In this document: in pieces, positions 14,870 to 28,329 of the stretch
How the letters are laid out: the number at the start of each line of letters is the position of its first letter
Numbering within the stretch: position 1 is the first letter of the stretch
NCBI RefSeq assembly: GCF_009914755.1
Contig: NC_060932.1
Source of the DNA: the human T2T-CHM13v2.0 reference genome, Homo sapiens
DNA: 64,000 nucleotides
Direction: 5' to 3' (one strand)
The notes under the pieces: generated by a model
Databases searched by the model: none
Told to the model about the DNA's origin: nothing
The model's input: only the letters and a program-made list of their open reading frames with translations
Position numbers and translations under genes: made by a program

Positions 14870-15800
14870 TGCAAATCAATAAAAGCAAGGGCAACTTTGT
14901 CACAGTGAACTACTTCTCACAGGAGTCAGGATCCACATCTGCAGACTATACAAAGACAAACAACACAGATTAAAAGCACAATCATCATTGAAATCACAGA
15001 GCTTCCAAGTGTTTTTATCCATTTTAATGGGTTACTAGCTGCTAATTTGTCTGCAGCTCCTTTAAGCACTCCAGTTCCTGGCATTAAGGTCAGGTGTGCC
15101 TGGGATGCTTTAAATATTTGTTCTTTTAATTTTGCATATCCAAAAACAAGTTTCTAGTGTCCTTCTCGATGCTTTTTTATCTTTCCCAAATTTTGATCTT
15201 ATTAAGGCCTATTAATAGTTTCCACAAAGGACTCTTGCCATACTTCTTATTATATCTGCCATCTGACCGTTTTGTTCAGATCATCTGAACATAGTGTGGC
15301 CATGGCATGCAGACTGAGAGGTGCAATTTAAGCTAAACATCCCCTTAGGGGACCAATTAATAATGATTCCATTATTATGCAGCACCTCTGTCTGTTCTGC
15401 TATGCAATCTTCCTAAACAAGTACATTCATTTTTTCTGGTCAGGTTCAATTTTGTTTACAAATAGGTTTTTGAGGGTGGTATGCCTCAATTATAGGAGGA
15501 GATTTGTTATGGTAAATACTGAGATCAGAAAGCATACTTAATTGTGTCATAGAGTGATTATATCCAGGCATTATTGCCAGCCAAGATTGAAAAATATGCC
15601 CAATAAGTATAATTATGCTCTGTGTCAGCCCTTGTTGAAGGAATACTCATGGCAATGGTGATCTCTGCTATCATAGCTACCATTAAATTACTCATTGTGA
15701 CTGGTTGTCCTGCTTTCCTCAGGTTTTCTTCCACCATCTGTTACAGCTTCTTGATCTGTCCCCAGGTGGGTGGCTGTGTTCTATGGGTGTTGCTGTCATG
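14870..15800 (-). pseudogene. env: HML-3 env remnant (internally deleted)
   Basis: Lies between integrase and the PPT; contains a hydrophobic fusion-peptide-like stretch and TM-region remnants; many stops. Confidence 0.7.
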
Positions 15801-15839
15801 GGATCCTCCTGGAGTCTCTTCCTCAGCATCTGGCTCATG

Positions 15840-17410
15840 ATAAGGTTTCAGGTATCTTGATGGTATCCAAATCGGCTGTTGATTTTGGCCTGGAGAAACA
15901 CAAGCATAACCTCTACCCCAAGTTATTATTTTAGCTATTTCCTAACTTTTTATTATTGGATCTCTCCACAAAATCAGTTGTTCTTCTTCTGTCCTTGCAG
16001 CTGGTTTCTGTAGATGCTCTTCAGCTGCTGATAACGTCTGGCCTTTGGGCAGGCTCAAAAAATTTAAAGTTAATGATGCTAGATTCAGTTGTATCTTCAG
16101 TGTTCCATATTCTCTGTCTCCCCCTTTCTGCTTTTGCAACTGCTGTTTTAGGGAGAGATTCATTCTTTCCGCTATGGCTTGTCCTTGAGAATTGTATGGG
16201 ATAGTAGTAATGTGTTTAATATTCCACATAGAGAAAAATGTAGCTAGAGCTTGGCTAGTATAGCCTGGGGCATTATCTGTTTTAATAGAAGCTGGAATGC
16301 CTATCACTGCAAAACACTGCAAAAGGTGACATTTAACACAGGCAGAAGACTCTCCTTATTGGCATGTAGCCCAAAGTGAGAAAAGGTGTCCACACATACA
16401 TGTACATAAGCTAGCCTCCCAAACGAGGGAACATGTGTGACATCCATTTGCCAAAGAGAGTTAGGTTCCTGTCCTCGAGGATTAACTCCTCCTGTAAAAG
16501 ATGAGGAATGTACCATTTGGCAAGTTGAACATCATTGGATAATAGCTTTAGCTTCTTTCCAGGTAATGCTGTGTCTGCATTTGAGACCAGAGGCATTAAC
16601 ATGGGTTAAATTGTGAAAATGTCTAGCATTAGATATTGCATTAGCAACTAGGTGATCAGCCATTTGATTTCCTTCAGTCAAAGGTCCTGGAAGAGTTGTA
16701 TGAGCCCTAATGTGAGTGATGGAAAAAAGGTGCATTCTACTTATAACTGCTATTTGCAACTGGGTAAATAAAGTCATCAGTTGTTCATCTGTATGAAATT
16801 GTAACAGCATTTTCAATTAACTGTGTGGAATGAACCATGTATGAAGAATCAGAAATCACATTGATAGGCATATCAAAAGCAGTCACTACCTCAATTACAG
16901 CTACAAGCTCCGCTTTTTGAGCTGAAGTATAGGGCATCTGGAAAACTTTACCTTTTGATCCAGAATAAGCTTTACCATTACTAGACCCATCTGTAAAACA
17001 ATGAAAATGCTTAGCAGGTTGCAGGTTGTTTACTGCAGGAATTGTAAATGCAAACTGTTCACAGTCTTCCTCAGCTAAGGGGATAGTAAAGAAACAGTCT
17101 TTTAAATCTATGACTATTAAAGACCAATTTTTTGGAATTATAGCAGGAGAAGGCAATCCTGGCTGTAATGCTTCCATAGGTTGTATAACTGAATTTATGG
17201 CTCTTAAGTCAGTTAACATTCTCCATTTACCTGATTTTTTCTTAATTAGGAAAACTGGAGAAATCCAAGGGGGAAAATGTTGGAGCTATGTGCCCATTTT
17301 CTAATTGTTCCATAACTAATTTCTCTAATTAGCAGCCATTGTTCTATCCAAATTGGCTTATCTGTTAACCATTTTAAAGGTATAGGTTCTGGAGGCTTAA
17401 CAATGGCTGC
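15840..17410 (-). pseudogene. pol: HML-3 pol remnant (most of RT deleted; RNase H; integrase)
   Basis: LTDLRAIN and IDLKDCFF joined directly to FTDGSSNGK; integrase motifs WQMDVTH, KTDNAPGY and PYNSQGQAIAER. Confidence 0.9.
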
Positions 17411-17412
17411 CA

Positions 17413-18357
17413 TCAAAAATGGTATCTTAATCTTTGGCGGGAATTTTGTCTTTCCACTTGAAGCGGTTCTTTCAAACCTTGCAAATTTTTTTCTAGTCCC
17501 ATACCAGGGACATGCCCCATTTCATGCATCATATGTTGACTTTGAGGGCTATATAATGGTTCTGGAATTAGAACTTTTGCTCCCCCTTGTTGTAATAAAT
17601 CTCTTCCCCATAAATTTATAGGTACAGAAGTTATAATTGCTTGAATAATCCCAGGTTGTCCATCGGGCCCTTCACAATGCAAAATATAATTACTTTGAAA
17701 TACTTCAGGGGCTTTACCAACTCCAACTATGTTATATTGAGCGGGTTGAATTGGCCACCTGGATGGCCAGTGCTGTAGAGAAATGATTGAAATGTCCACT
17801 CCTGTATCTACCAAACCTTTAAATTTCTTTCCCTGAATAGTTATTTCACAGGTAGGACGTTTATCAGTAATTTGATTTACCCAATAAGCTGCTTTGCCTT
17901 GTTTATTTGTGCTTCCAAATCCTCCTGTTTGTTTAATTTCACTTTTTCCCGTTCCCACATACGGCACAATCAGGAGCTGTGCTATGCACTCTCTTGGCTC
18001 CGCTTTCCAGGGAACAGAAGTAGATATAACAATTTGAATTTCCCCTTTATAATCTGAATCAATGACTCCTGTATGTATTTGTACCCCTTTTAAACTTAAA
18101 CTAGACCTTCCTAAAAGTAATCCTATTGTGCCCACTGGCAAGGGTCCACAGACTCCTGTTGGGACCTTTTGCGGGGGTTCCCCAGGCAGGAAGCTTACAG
18201 CTTTCATGCAGCATAAATCTACTGTGGCACTACTGGCTGTAGCGGGGGACAGACATTGTACAGGCGTGAGGGAATGGCCTGAGCTGGAAATGCCCCGGTT
18301 TAGAATGGGGCCAGGGATGGGCCCCTCATGGTGTTTCCTGAAATCGGGTTCTCTTCT
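17413..18357 (-). pseudogene. pro: HML-3 pro frame (dUTPase, aspartic protease, G-patch), no internal stop
   Basis: Motifs GRSSL, GVIDSDYKGEI, GGFGST (dUTPase), LVDTG and LWGRDLL (protease). Manual translation extends the track ORF 17413-18207 upstream to a stop at 18358-18360. Confidence 0.85.
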
Positions 18358-19678
18358 TTATCAAACTTAGAGTGACACTGATTAGCCCAATGTTTTCCTT
18401 CTTTACATTTTGGACATATTTCAGGCTCAGCACTTTTCTTTTTTCCCCTATCTGGCGGCCTGACTCGCTGATTTTTTCTACATTCTTTTTTAGTATGACC
18501 ATGCTTCCCGCAGTTAAGGCAAACTCCACAAAATGGAGTATTTCCTTTATCCACTCTCAGTCCTGCCATTGCCTGTGCCAACAAATTAGTTTTATGCAGA
18601 TTACCTCTGATAACATCACAGGCCTTGATATAATCAACTAAATGTGCTTTCCCTCTGATAGGTCACAGAGCAGCCTGGCAATTGGGATTAGCATTGTCGA
18701 AAGCTAATAACTGCAACACTATATCCTGAGCAGCCGAATCTGCAGTCATCTTTTTAAGAGACTCCTGTAACCATGCTATAAAATCAATGTATGGTTCTTT
18801 GGGTCCCTGTTTTACAGCACTAAAGGAAGTGTATTGTTCTCCACTTGAAGTGATTTTTTCCCAAGCTCTAATGCACACTCTGCTAAGCTGTTCTGTGGCA
18901 TCATCCTGCGTGACCAGTTGTGCATCTAAACCAGCCCAGGCACCAACCTCCAAAAGTTGGTCTGCAGTTATATTAATTTGAGGTTGGTCCTGGGCATTGT
19001 GAGCAGCCTGAATGGCAGCTTCATCTGCCCACCAAGTTTTAAATTGTAGGAACTGAGCAGGAGTTAGACAAGCTTGAGTAAGAGCATCCCAGTCAGTAGG
19101 AATCATCTGACTGGAAACAGCAACATTCTTTAACAGTCCCATTACAAAAGGAGAACCTGGTCCATACTGATTTATAGCTTGTTTAAATTCTTTGAGTAAT
19201 TTAAAAGGAAAGGGCTCAAAAGTAGCTATAATATTTCCCTGTTGATCTGGGGGGTGTATTCTACCAGGGAAGTGCCAAGTCTCTAAATCACCCTCTGGTC
19301 TAGCTTGCTGAATTCCTGCCTGAATAGAACTAAGAGCGGTTGCTTGAGGCGCTGCCCGAACAGTCACTGGGGCAACTACTTTTTGCCCACTGTCCTCTGG
19401 AAAAAAAAGATCTGTAGGGTCAGGTCACTCTTTTTCTCAAAATAATAATGAGGGGGTGCAGAGGGTAGGGATGAACCTCTCCTTCCTTTGCTGCTTTAGC
19501 TTTAGCTGGCAAATAAACATGCTCTGTATCCTCTCCTTCCTTTGCCACTTTAGCTTTATCTGGCAAATAAACATGCTCTGTAACCTCTTCTATATACTTC
19601 GCTATACTCTCCTTCCTCCTCATCATCAGTGTGAAAAAGTTCCAAGGTGGAATGAACCACAGCCCACACTTGTCCCAA
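18300..19678 (-). pseudogene. gag: HML-3 gag remnant
   Basis: CA motifs YGPGSPF and VKQGPKEPYIDF; two CCHC knuckles (CLNCGKHGHTKKEC, CPKCKEGKHWANQC); frameshifts, and the start codon appears mutated. Confidence 0.9.
19476..19588. repeat. 54-bp tandem duplication in HML-3 gag
   Basis: cctctccttcctttgc… at 19476 and 19530; encodes TEHVYLP(D/A)KAK(V/A)AKEGE twice. Confidence 0.85.
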
Positions 19679-21179
19679 TGTTACCCTGATGCTTCTGAGC
19701 TCCCCTGCTTACTCACTACGGGGATTGCTTTAAGAGTACTCGGGTGTCCTCCAGCTTAGTTCCACGTTCTCCAACTGTTGCTCCAGTGACCCTTCAACCT
19801 GGATTCAAGCCCCCACGGTGGATGCCACTTGCTGAGACCAGCTCAGCTGGGGAGACCCTAACCCAGTGGCTCCAGAGGAATTAAAGACACACACACAGAA
19901 ATATAGAGGTGTGAAGTGGGAAATCAGGGGTCTCACAGCCTTCAGAGCTGAGAGCCCCAAACAGAGATTTACCCACATATTTATTAACAGCAAACCAGTC
20001 ATTAGCATTGTTTCTATAAATATTAAATTAACTAAATTATCCCTTATGGGAAATGAAGGGATGGGCTGAAATAAAGGAATAGGTTGGGCTAGTTAACTGC
20101 AGCAGGAGCATGTCCTTAAGGCACAGATTGCTCATGCTATTGTTTGTGGCTTAAGAATGGCTTTAAGCAGTTTTCTGCCCTGGGCGGGCCAGGTGTTCCT
20201 TGCCCTCATTCCTGTAAACCCACAACCTTCCAGCATGGGCATTATGGCCATCATGAACATGTCACAGTGCTGCAGAGATTTTATTTATGGCCAGTTTTGG
20301 GGCCAGTTTATGGCCAGGTTTTGGGGGGCTTGTTCTTAACACTATTTCATCCTGGTTTAATCTAAGATGGTTGTATATTTCCAAATATGTATTCCTGTTC
20401 TCTAGGTTTTCTAGTTTGTGGATGTAAAGGTGTTCATAGTAGCCTTGAATGATCTTTTGTATTTCTGTGGTATCAGTTGTAATATTTCCCATTTCATTTC
20501 AATTGAGCTTATTTGGATCTTCTCTCTTCTATTCTTGGTTAATCTCACTAATGTTCTGTCAGTTTTGTTTACCTTTTCAAATAACCACCTGATTGTTTCA
20601 GTATATTATTTATTTTTGTCTGTTTGTTTCAATTTCATTTAGTTCTGTTCCAATATTTATTTCTATTCTTCTGCTGGGTTTGGGTTTGGTTTGTTCTTGT
20701 TTCTGTAGCTCCTTGAGGTATGGCCTTAGATTGTGCTCTTTCAGATTTTTTGATATAGGTATTTAATGCTATGAACTTTCTTCTTAGCTCAGCTTTTGCT
20801 GTATCCCAGAGGTTTTGATAGGTTGTGTCACTATTATCATTCAGTTCAAAGAACTTTTAAATTTCCATTGCAATTTCATTGTTGACTCAACGATCATTCA
20901 GGAGCAGATTATTTAATTTCCATATATTTGCATAGTTTTGATGGTTTATTTTGGAGTTGATTTCCAGTTTTATTTCACTGTGGTCTGAGAGAGTACTTGA
21001 TATAATTTTGATTTTCTTAAATTTATTGACACTTGTTCTGTGGCCTATCATATGGTCTATCTAGGAGAATGTTCCATGTGCTGATGAATAGAGTGTATAT
21101 TCTGCAGTTATTGGGCAGAATGTTCTGTAAATATCTGTTAAGTATATTTGTTCTGAGGTATAGTTTAAGTCCATTGTTT

Positions 21180-21490
21180 CTTTCTTTCTTTTCTTTTCTT
21201 TTTTTTTTGAGACAAGGTCTCATTGTGTCACCCAGACTGGAGTGCAATATCACACTCTTGGCTCACTGCAGCCTCTGCCTCCTGGGTTCAAGCAGTTCTC
21301 CTGCTTCAGCCTCCCAAATAGTTAGGATTACAGGCATGTGCCATCACACCCAACTAATTTTTGTGTTTTTAGTAGAGGCAGGGTTTCACCATGTTGACCA
21401 GACTGGTCTCAAATTCCTGACCTCAAGTGATCCACCCACTTTGGCCTCCCAAAGTGGTGGGATTACAGGCATGGGCCACTGTGCCTGGCC
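21180..21490 (-). mobile_element. Alu (S/J) inserted in L1 ORF2
   Basis: Reverse Alu with a T/CT-rich tail. Confidence 0.93.
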
Positions 21491-24400
21491 TGTGTCTTTT
21501 TTGACTTTCTGTCTTCATGACCTGTCTAGTGCTGTCAGTGGAGTATTTAACCCCCTCACTATTACTGTGTTGCTGTCTATCTCATTTCTGATGTCTAGTA
21601 GTAATTGTTTTATAAATTTGGGAGCTCCAGTGTTAGGTGCATGTATATTTAAGATTGTGATATTTTCCTGTTGGAGTAGTACTTTTATCATTATATTAAT
21701 ATTCCTCTTTGTCTTTTTTAACACTTGTTTTTTTAAAGTCTGTTTTGTCTGATATAAGAATAGCTACTTCTTCTTGCTTTTGGTTTTCATTTGCATGGAA
21801 TATTTTTTCCACCCCTTTACCTTAAGTTTACATGAGTCCTTATGCTTTGGGTGAGTCTCTTGAAGACAGCAGATATTTGGGTGAATTGTTATTCATTCTG
21901 CCATTCTGTATCTTTTAAATGGAGCATTTAGACCATTTACATTGAACATTAGCATTGAGATCTGAGGTACTATTCTATTAATTGTGCTAGTTGCTACCTG
22001 AATACCTTGTTTTTTTCATTGTGTTATTGTTTTATAGGCCCCATGAGATTTACATTTTAAGGAGGTTCTATTTGTGTATTTCAAGGTTTTGTTTCAAGAT
22101 TTAGCACTTTTAGCCGTTCTTGTAATGCTGGTTTTGTAGTGGTGAGTTCTCTCAGCATTTGTTTGTCTGAAAAAAACTTTATCTTTCCTTCATTTATGAA
22201 GTTTAGTTTTACTGGATACAAAGTTCTTGGATGATAATTGTTTTGCTTAAGTAGGCTAAAGGTAGGACCCCAATCCTTTCTAGCTTGTAGGGTTTCTGCT
22301 GAGAAATTTGCTGTTAATCTGATAGGTTTTCCTTTATACGTTACTTGATGCTTTTGCCTCACAGCTTTCTTTGCTTGATTTTAGATAACCTGATGACTAT
22401 GTGCCTAGGTGATTATCTTTCTGTGAGGAATTCCCTGGGTGTTCTTTGAGCTTCTTGTATTTGGATGCCTAGATCTCTAGTAAGGTCAGCAAAGTTTTCC
22501 TTTATTATTCCCTCACATAAATTTTCCAAACTTTTAGATTTCTCTTCTTCCTCAGGAGCACCAATTACTCTTAGAACCGGTTGTTTAACATACTCCTAAA
22601 CTTCTCGGAGGCTTTGTTCATTTTTTTGATGCTTTTTCTTTGTCTTTGTCTAAATTTGGTTAATTTGAAAGCCTTGTCATTGAGCTCTGAAATTCTTTCT
22701 TCTACTTGTTCAATTGTTCAAACTTTCCGGTGTATTTTGCATTTCTATAAGTGTGTCTTTCATTTCCAGAAGTTGTGATTGTTTTTTATTTATGATATCT
22801 ATTTCCCTGGAGATTTTTTCATCCATATCCTGCATTTTTGTTTGATTTATTTGTTTTTCACCTTTCTCTGGTGCCTCCTTGATTAGCTTAATAATTGGCC
22901 TTCTGAATTCTTTTTCTGGCAATTCAGAGATTTCATTTTGGTTTGGACCCATTGCTGGTGAGCTAGGGCAATCTTTTTGTGGTGTTGTAGAACCTTGTTT
23001 TGTCATATTACCAGAATTCCTTTTTTGCTTCCTTCTCATTTGGGTAGACTATGTCAGAGGGAAGCTCTGGAACTCAAGGGCTACTGTTCAGATTCTTTTG
23101 TCCCAAAGGGTACTCCCTTGATGTGGTGTTCTCCCCCTTACCCTAAGGGTAGGGCTTCCTGAGAGCCAAACTACAGTGATTGTTTTTGCTCTTCTGGGTC
23201 TAGCCATGCAGTAAAGCTACTGGGCTCCAGGCTGGTACTGGGGGGTGCCTGCAAAGAGTCCTGTGATGTGATCCATCTTCAGGTCTCTCAGCCACGGGTA
23301 CCAGCACTTGCTCCAGTGGAGGTAGCAGGCGAGTGAGGTGGACTCTGTGTGAGTCCTTGCTTGTAGTTTTGTTTAGTGTGCTGGTTTTCTCAAATGCTGG
23401 TTATGCTAGCAATGAAGTTGTCATATGGACAGACTCAGGACCTCTGGTTAGCCAGGATGTTACAGGCAGTAGAATTAGCTGTTGTTTTTTCCTTCCTTGA
23501 AGCAGGATTTGTTGTTATGAGTTACTGCAATGGCTTGAGTGGGTTGGTCCAGCAAGGAGGTGGCACTTTCAAGAGAGCATCAGCTATGGTAGTATAGGGG
23601 ATACAAGCTTGCCCTAAGGTCATCTGAATAAGTATTCAGGTTTCTCAGGTGATGGGCAGGGCCATAGAGCTCTCATGAGTTTATGCCTTTTGTCTTTGGC
23701 TACCAGGGGAGGTAGAGAAAGACGACCAGGTGGGTGCAGCCTTAGGTGTGTCTGGGCTCAGAGTCTTCTTGGGGAGGGCTTACTGCAGTCATTGTGGGGG
23801 ATGGGGGAGTGGTTCTCAGGCCAATGGAGTTATGTTCCAAGGGGGATTATGGTTACCCCTGTTGCTTCTTACAGGTCGCCAGGGAAGTGGGGGAAAGCTG
23901 GCAGTGACAGGCCTCACCCAGTTCCCAGGCAGCCAGCAAGGCCAATCTCACTCCAGCCCGCATTGCTTCCACAACAATTGCCAACAGAGCCAAATTCACA
24001 TCCAGGCTTCCATGCAGGGCTGAGATCTTGCCCGAGGCAAGCCTCAGCCTCCCTGCTGAGAAAGCAAATAGGGCTTTCAGGCCTTACCCCTCCCTGCCTG
24101 CCAAGGCTTTTTTGCTCGTATCTGCATTTCCTGTTTACTCCCTCAGATTCTGCCCAGGAAAATTTGCCCTTGATCAAAATTACTACAAAGTTCAGCTGGA
24201 GGTCTCCTTCTCCCTGTGGCCCTTCCCCAAATCCACTGACTGCTGTCCCTAAGGACCCCTCTGAGATAAAATCAGAAATGGCTTCCCTGGGGACAAGGAG
24301 TGCCTATAGGGCTCTTCTCGCTGTTTCTTCTACTTTTTTATTTTTCTCTGCTTGACAGTGGGGTTATCAGTCATCATGGGAGTTAGCAAGTGCTCCTGGG

Positions 24401-25289
24401 GAAGTGGGAACAAACTGGGGGGAGGGGGGCGCTTCTTAATGGGTATTTCTAATGTGCAATGATCTATGGATTTTTTTTTCTTCACTTAAACAGCTCCTAT
24501 GCCCTGAAATTAGGAGAGTTAAATGCATAGACTGTGCCATATTAAAATGTTAGTTTCATTATGTTTTCACGCCAGGTCTTCTTTTTAAAAAAATTTTTAA
24601 AAAGTGTTTATAGAATTGCAATAGAAGGCATAGGAAATACCTGTATAGAATGTATATTTTTATTTCACATGTAGTTTATTTTGAACACTGTAATTCATAA
24701 AGCAAAATCAGTAGGTAGTGCTAAGTTTCTCAAGGATTTGATCATGAATACTTTGGCTGCCTTAGGTGTGGGAATTAGAAAACTGAATGGAGCCTTGTTC
24801 TGCTTCTTGCTCTCTAACACATGTCTTGTGTTAAACACTAAAAAATCCCTAAATAAAACAGGCTAAACAAGTCCTGGTTAGCCATGTTCGTGCCAGGCTG
24901 TGCTCCACTGAGGTCCATTTTGGACAAGCCCAGCTGTACCATTATGGTTGTCTGTTTTATGAAGGACAATATCAGACTAGAGATAATGTCCTGAGAATTT
25001 GGATCAAGATGGTGAGGGATACTGAAATCATGGCATTTGGGGGATGGCTGAAGGAACTGGGAATGTTACATGAGGAGGGAAGAAGATTTATTATGCTCTA
25101 TCTCATCTCTGGATGTTTGGAAACTCTGCTTCCTCTGTGCAATTGATCCCCTCCTCTTTGACTAACTCTTACCATGCATCAGCCTAGCTATCTTCTCCTC
25201 CAGGAATGCTTCTGTGACACTGTAAGAGAGGATTAGGTGACACTTCTATACACCTCCTTAACTCGATGTCATCCTATTGATAGGATTTA

Positions 25290-25430
25290 TCTCACAGGCC
25301 CATTCACTTGTTTATCTTACACTGGCCCATGAAAAGGCACTCATCTAGCTCTCTGCTGTAAACCCATCCTTTAACACTGAGCCTGCTTAAAGTGGATGTA
25401 TTGGAATAAATGAATGAATGAGTGAATGAT
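25290..25430 (+). mobile_element. Probable L2 3' end
   Basis: Ends ggaataaatgaatgaatgagtgaatga, typical of an L2 terminus. Confidence 0.45.
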
Positions 25431-25863
25431 ATGACTGTTGTCTTTGCACATACAAAAACCTGAGATGTGGGAATGATTACAGATTTATTCTGTGTTTGTC
25501 CAGCAAGAAGTTGTAAGATTAACAGATGGAAGTTACATGAGTTGATTTAATTTTACTTCAACACAAAGAACTTTCTAAAAATTAGAACTTTTGAGAAATA
25601 CAAGGGTAGGCAGACAGGTCCCCGTTCCAGTAGAGGCCAGTTGGTCAACTGTCAAGAATAATGTCAAAGAGCTTAGTCTAAGGTGACCTAGGGGTCTTGC
25701 AAATTGCAGAATCTATGTACCAAGGGATGCTTTTCTCCATGGGTGTTCCTGTGGGACTCGAGACAGTGAGAAATCACCAGGTGTTAATTAGAGGGAAAAA
25801 GTGCTCCAGGTAGAAGGTTAAGCAGGTTTCCTCACTGAAGGCTATGTCAGAGCCTTCGTATGT

Positions 25864-26375
25864 TGTTGGGAGTAAGCCCCCCAAAATCTGGCCATAAGCT
25901 GGCCCCAAAACTGGCCATAAACAAAATCTCTGCAGCACTGTAACATGTTCATAATGGCCCTAATGCGCACGCTGGAAGGTTGTGGGTTTAGGGGAATAAG
26001 GGCAACGAACACCTGGCCTGCCCAGGGCGAAAAACCGCTTAAAGGCATTCTTAAGCCACAAACAATAGCATGAGTGATCTGTGCCTTAAGGACATGCTCC
26101 TGCTGTAGTTAACTAGCCCAACTTATTCCTTTAATTCAGCCCATCCTTCATTTCCCATAAGGGATACTTTTAGTTAATTTAATGTTTATAGAAACAATGC
26201 TAATGACTGGTTTGCTGTTAATAAATATGTGGGTAAATCTCTGTTCGGAGCTCTCAGCTCTGAAGGCTGTGAGACTCCTGATTTCCCACTTCACACCTCT
26301 ATATTTCTGTGTGTGTGTCTTTAATTCCTCTAGCGCCACTGGGTTAGGGTCTCCCCGACCAAGCTGGTCTTGGCA
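25864..26375 (+). mobile_element. MER9 (HML-3) solo LTR
   Basis: tgttgggagtaagcc…tggca; 6-bp TSD GTATGT (25858-25863, 26376-26381); reverse-complement match to the HML-3 proviral LTRs. Confidence 0.95.
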
Positions 26376-26413
26376 GTATGTAAATTGCTGTGAACTTCAA
26401 GAAGGGCATAGAC

Positions 26414-26714
26414 AGCAAGGCACGGTGGCTCATGCCTGTAATTGCATAACTTTGGGAAGCTGAGGCGGGTGGATCACCTGAGGTCAGGAGTTCAAGACCA
26501 GCCTGACCAACATGGAGAAACCCTGTCTCTACTAAAAATACAAAATTAACTGGGCATGGTGGCACATGTCTGTAATCCCAGCTACTCGGGAGGCTGAGGC
26601 AGGAGAATCACTTGAACGGAGATGGAGGTTGTGGTGAGCTGATCTGAGATCACACCATTGCACTCTAGCCTGGGCAACAGGAGCAAAACTCCATCTAAAA
26701 AAAAAAAAAAAAAA
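26414..26714 (+). mobile_element. AluSp-like
   Basis: Diagnostic ctgaccaacatggagaaacc; TSD core gaagggcata at 26401-26410 and 26716-26725. Confidence 0.92.
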
Positions 26715-26972
26715 GGAAGGGCATATACTATTTATCACTCCAAACTCATTTGATTAAGAAACTTTATTTTTACAAAATATTGTGGTACAAGTGTTCTGCA
26801 GAACTTACTTTGGGAAACCAATCTACATCCATAATTCCCAAACCAGGTTCCATAGAGAGAGTTACTGCAATAGAACAACCTGGGGAGATTTAAAAATGCA
26901 AATCCTCCTCCCTGACACCTGTCTTAACTCACTCCTAAGCACAGCAATATTCTAGGGAGTGAGGAAGCCATT

Positions 26973-27679
<707 letters not shown>

Positions 27680-28329
27680 ACCATCATGAGTGCAACATCT
27701 TTGAAGGAGCATTGTCAGACTATATCAGTGTGATGTACATCACTAAAGTTCACTAAGTACCTCAGGGGAGAGGTGCAGAGACCTGGGTCATTTTCATCAA
27801 TGGTGGATTGTGAGGGAGAGCACTGAAGATTGGGGCAGCCTGGAGCAGGTGCAGGGTTGGGCGTGGAGATGCGTGGCAAGGGCAGCTGCCTGAAGAAGAA
27901 ATCGTGGGGAGAGAACATGCTGGGGGAAAGTGAGGCAGGTGGGGACTCAAGCCAAATCTTGCCCACTTCCAAGATCTGCAGAGCTGTGAGCTACCACTCC
28001 TTACACCAAGAAGAGGCCCTTTCCCTACATGTGTGGGATTAAGTTTTATGCCAAATGTAAAGTATTTTATGGTCATGGTTTTCCTGAATTATCTGTACCT
28101 ATTTTTCTCCCAAATTGAAAATGGCCTGCAGTGCAGTCTTTCATACTGACCACTGCCTCCTCATACTCCTGGAGGCAGAATCATCACGTGAGCTGAAGAT
28201 GGTTACTAAGTGTCTTTAAGCAAACAAAAGGTCCCAATAAAACCAGTCATTTTGTAGCAGCTCTGATGTGAGCATGCAATTTTAAAGGCATCCTCCCAAG
28301 AGTGCCATTAAATGGAAGTATTTTCCTAC

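Larger units (their letters stand above)
14339..20341 (-). mobile_element. HERV-K(HML-3)/HERVK9 provirus with two MER9 LTRs
   Basis: LTRs at 14339-14851 and 19830-20341; 6-bp TSD CTATTT (14333-14338, 20342-20347); Lys-like PBS at ~19809-19827; PPT at ~14852-14866; betaretroviral gag-pro-pol-env order. Confidence 0.93.
14261..24350 (-). mobile_element. Old L1 (L1PA13-16/L1PB-like): 5'UTR, ORF1, ORF2 N-terminal part; 3' half missing; split by HML-3 and an Alu
   Basis: ORF1 fragments 22710-23039 and 22081-22362 (YKGKPIRLTANFSAETLQAR); EN fragment ITILNIHAPNTGAPKFIKQ; GNITTDTTEIQKIIQGYYE. Sequence is continuous across the HML-3 TSD. Confidence 0.88.

Noticed and set aside
23675-24355. 226-aa ORF
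   Set aside because: Antisense to an old L1 5'UTR with no protein motif; an ORF0-like product is not supported.
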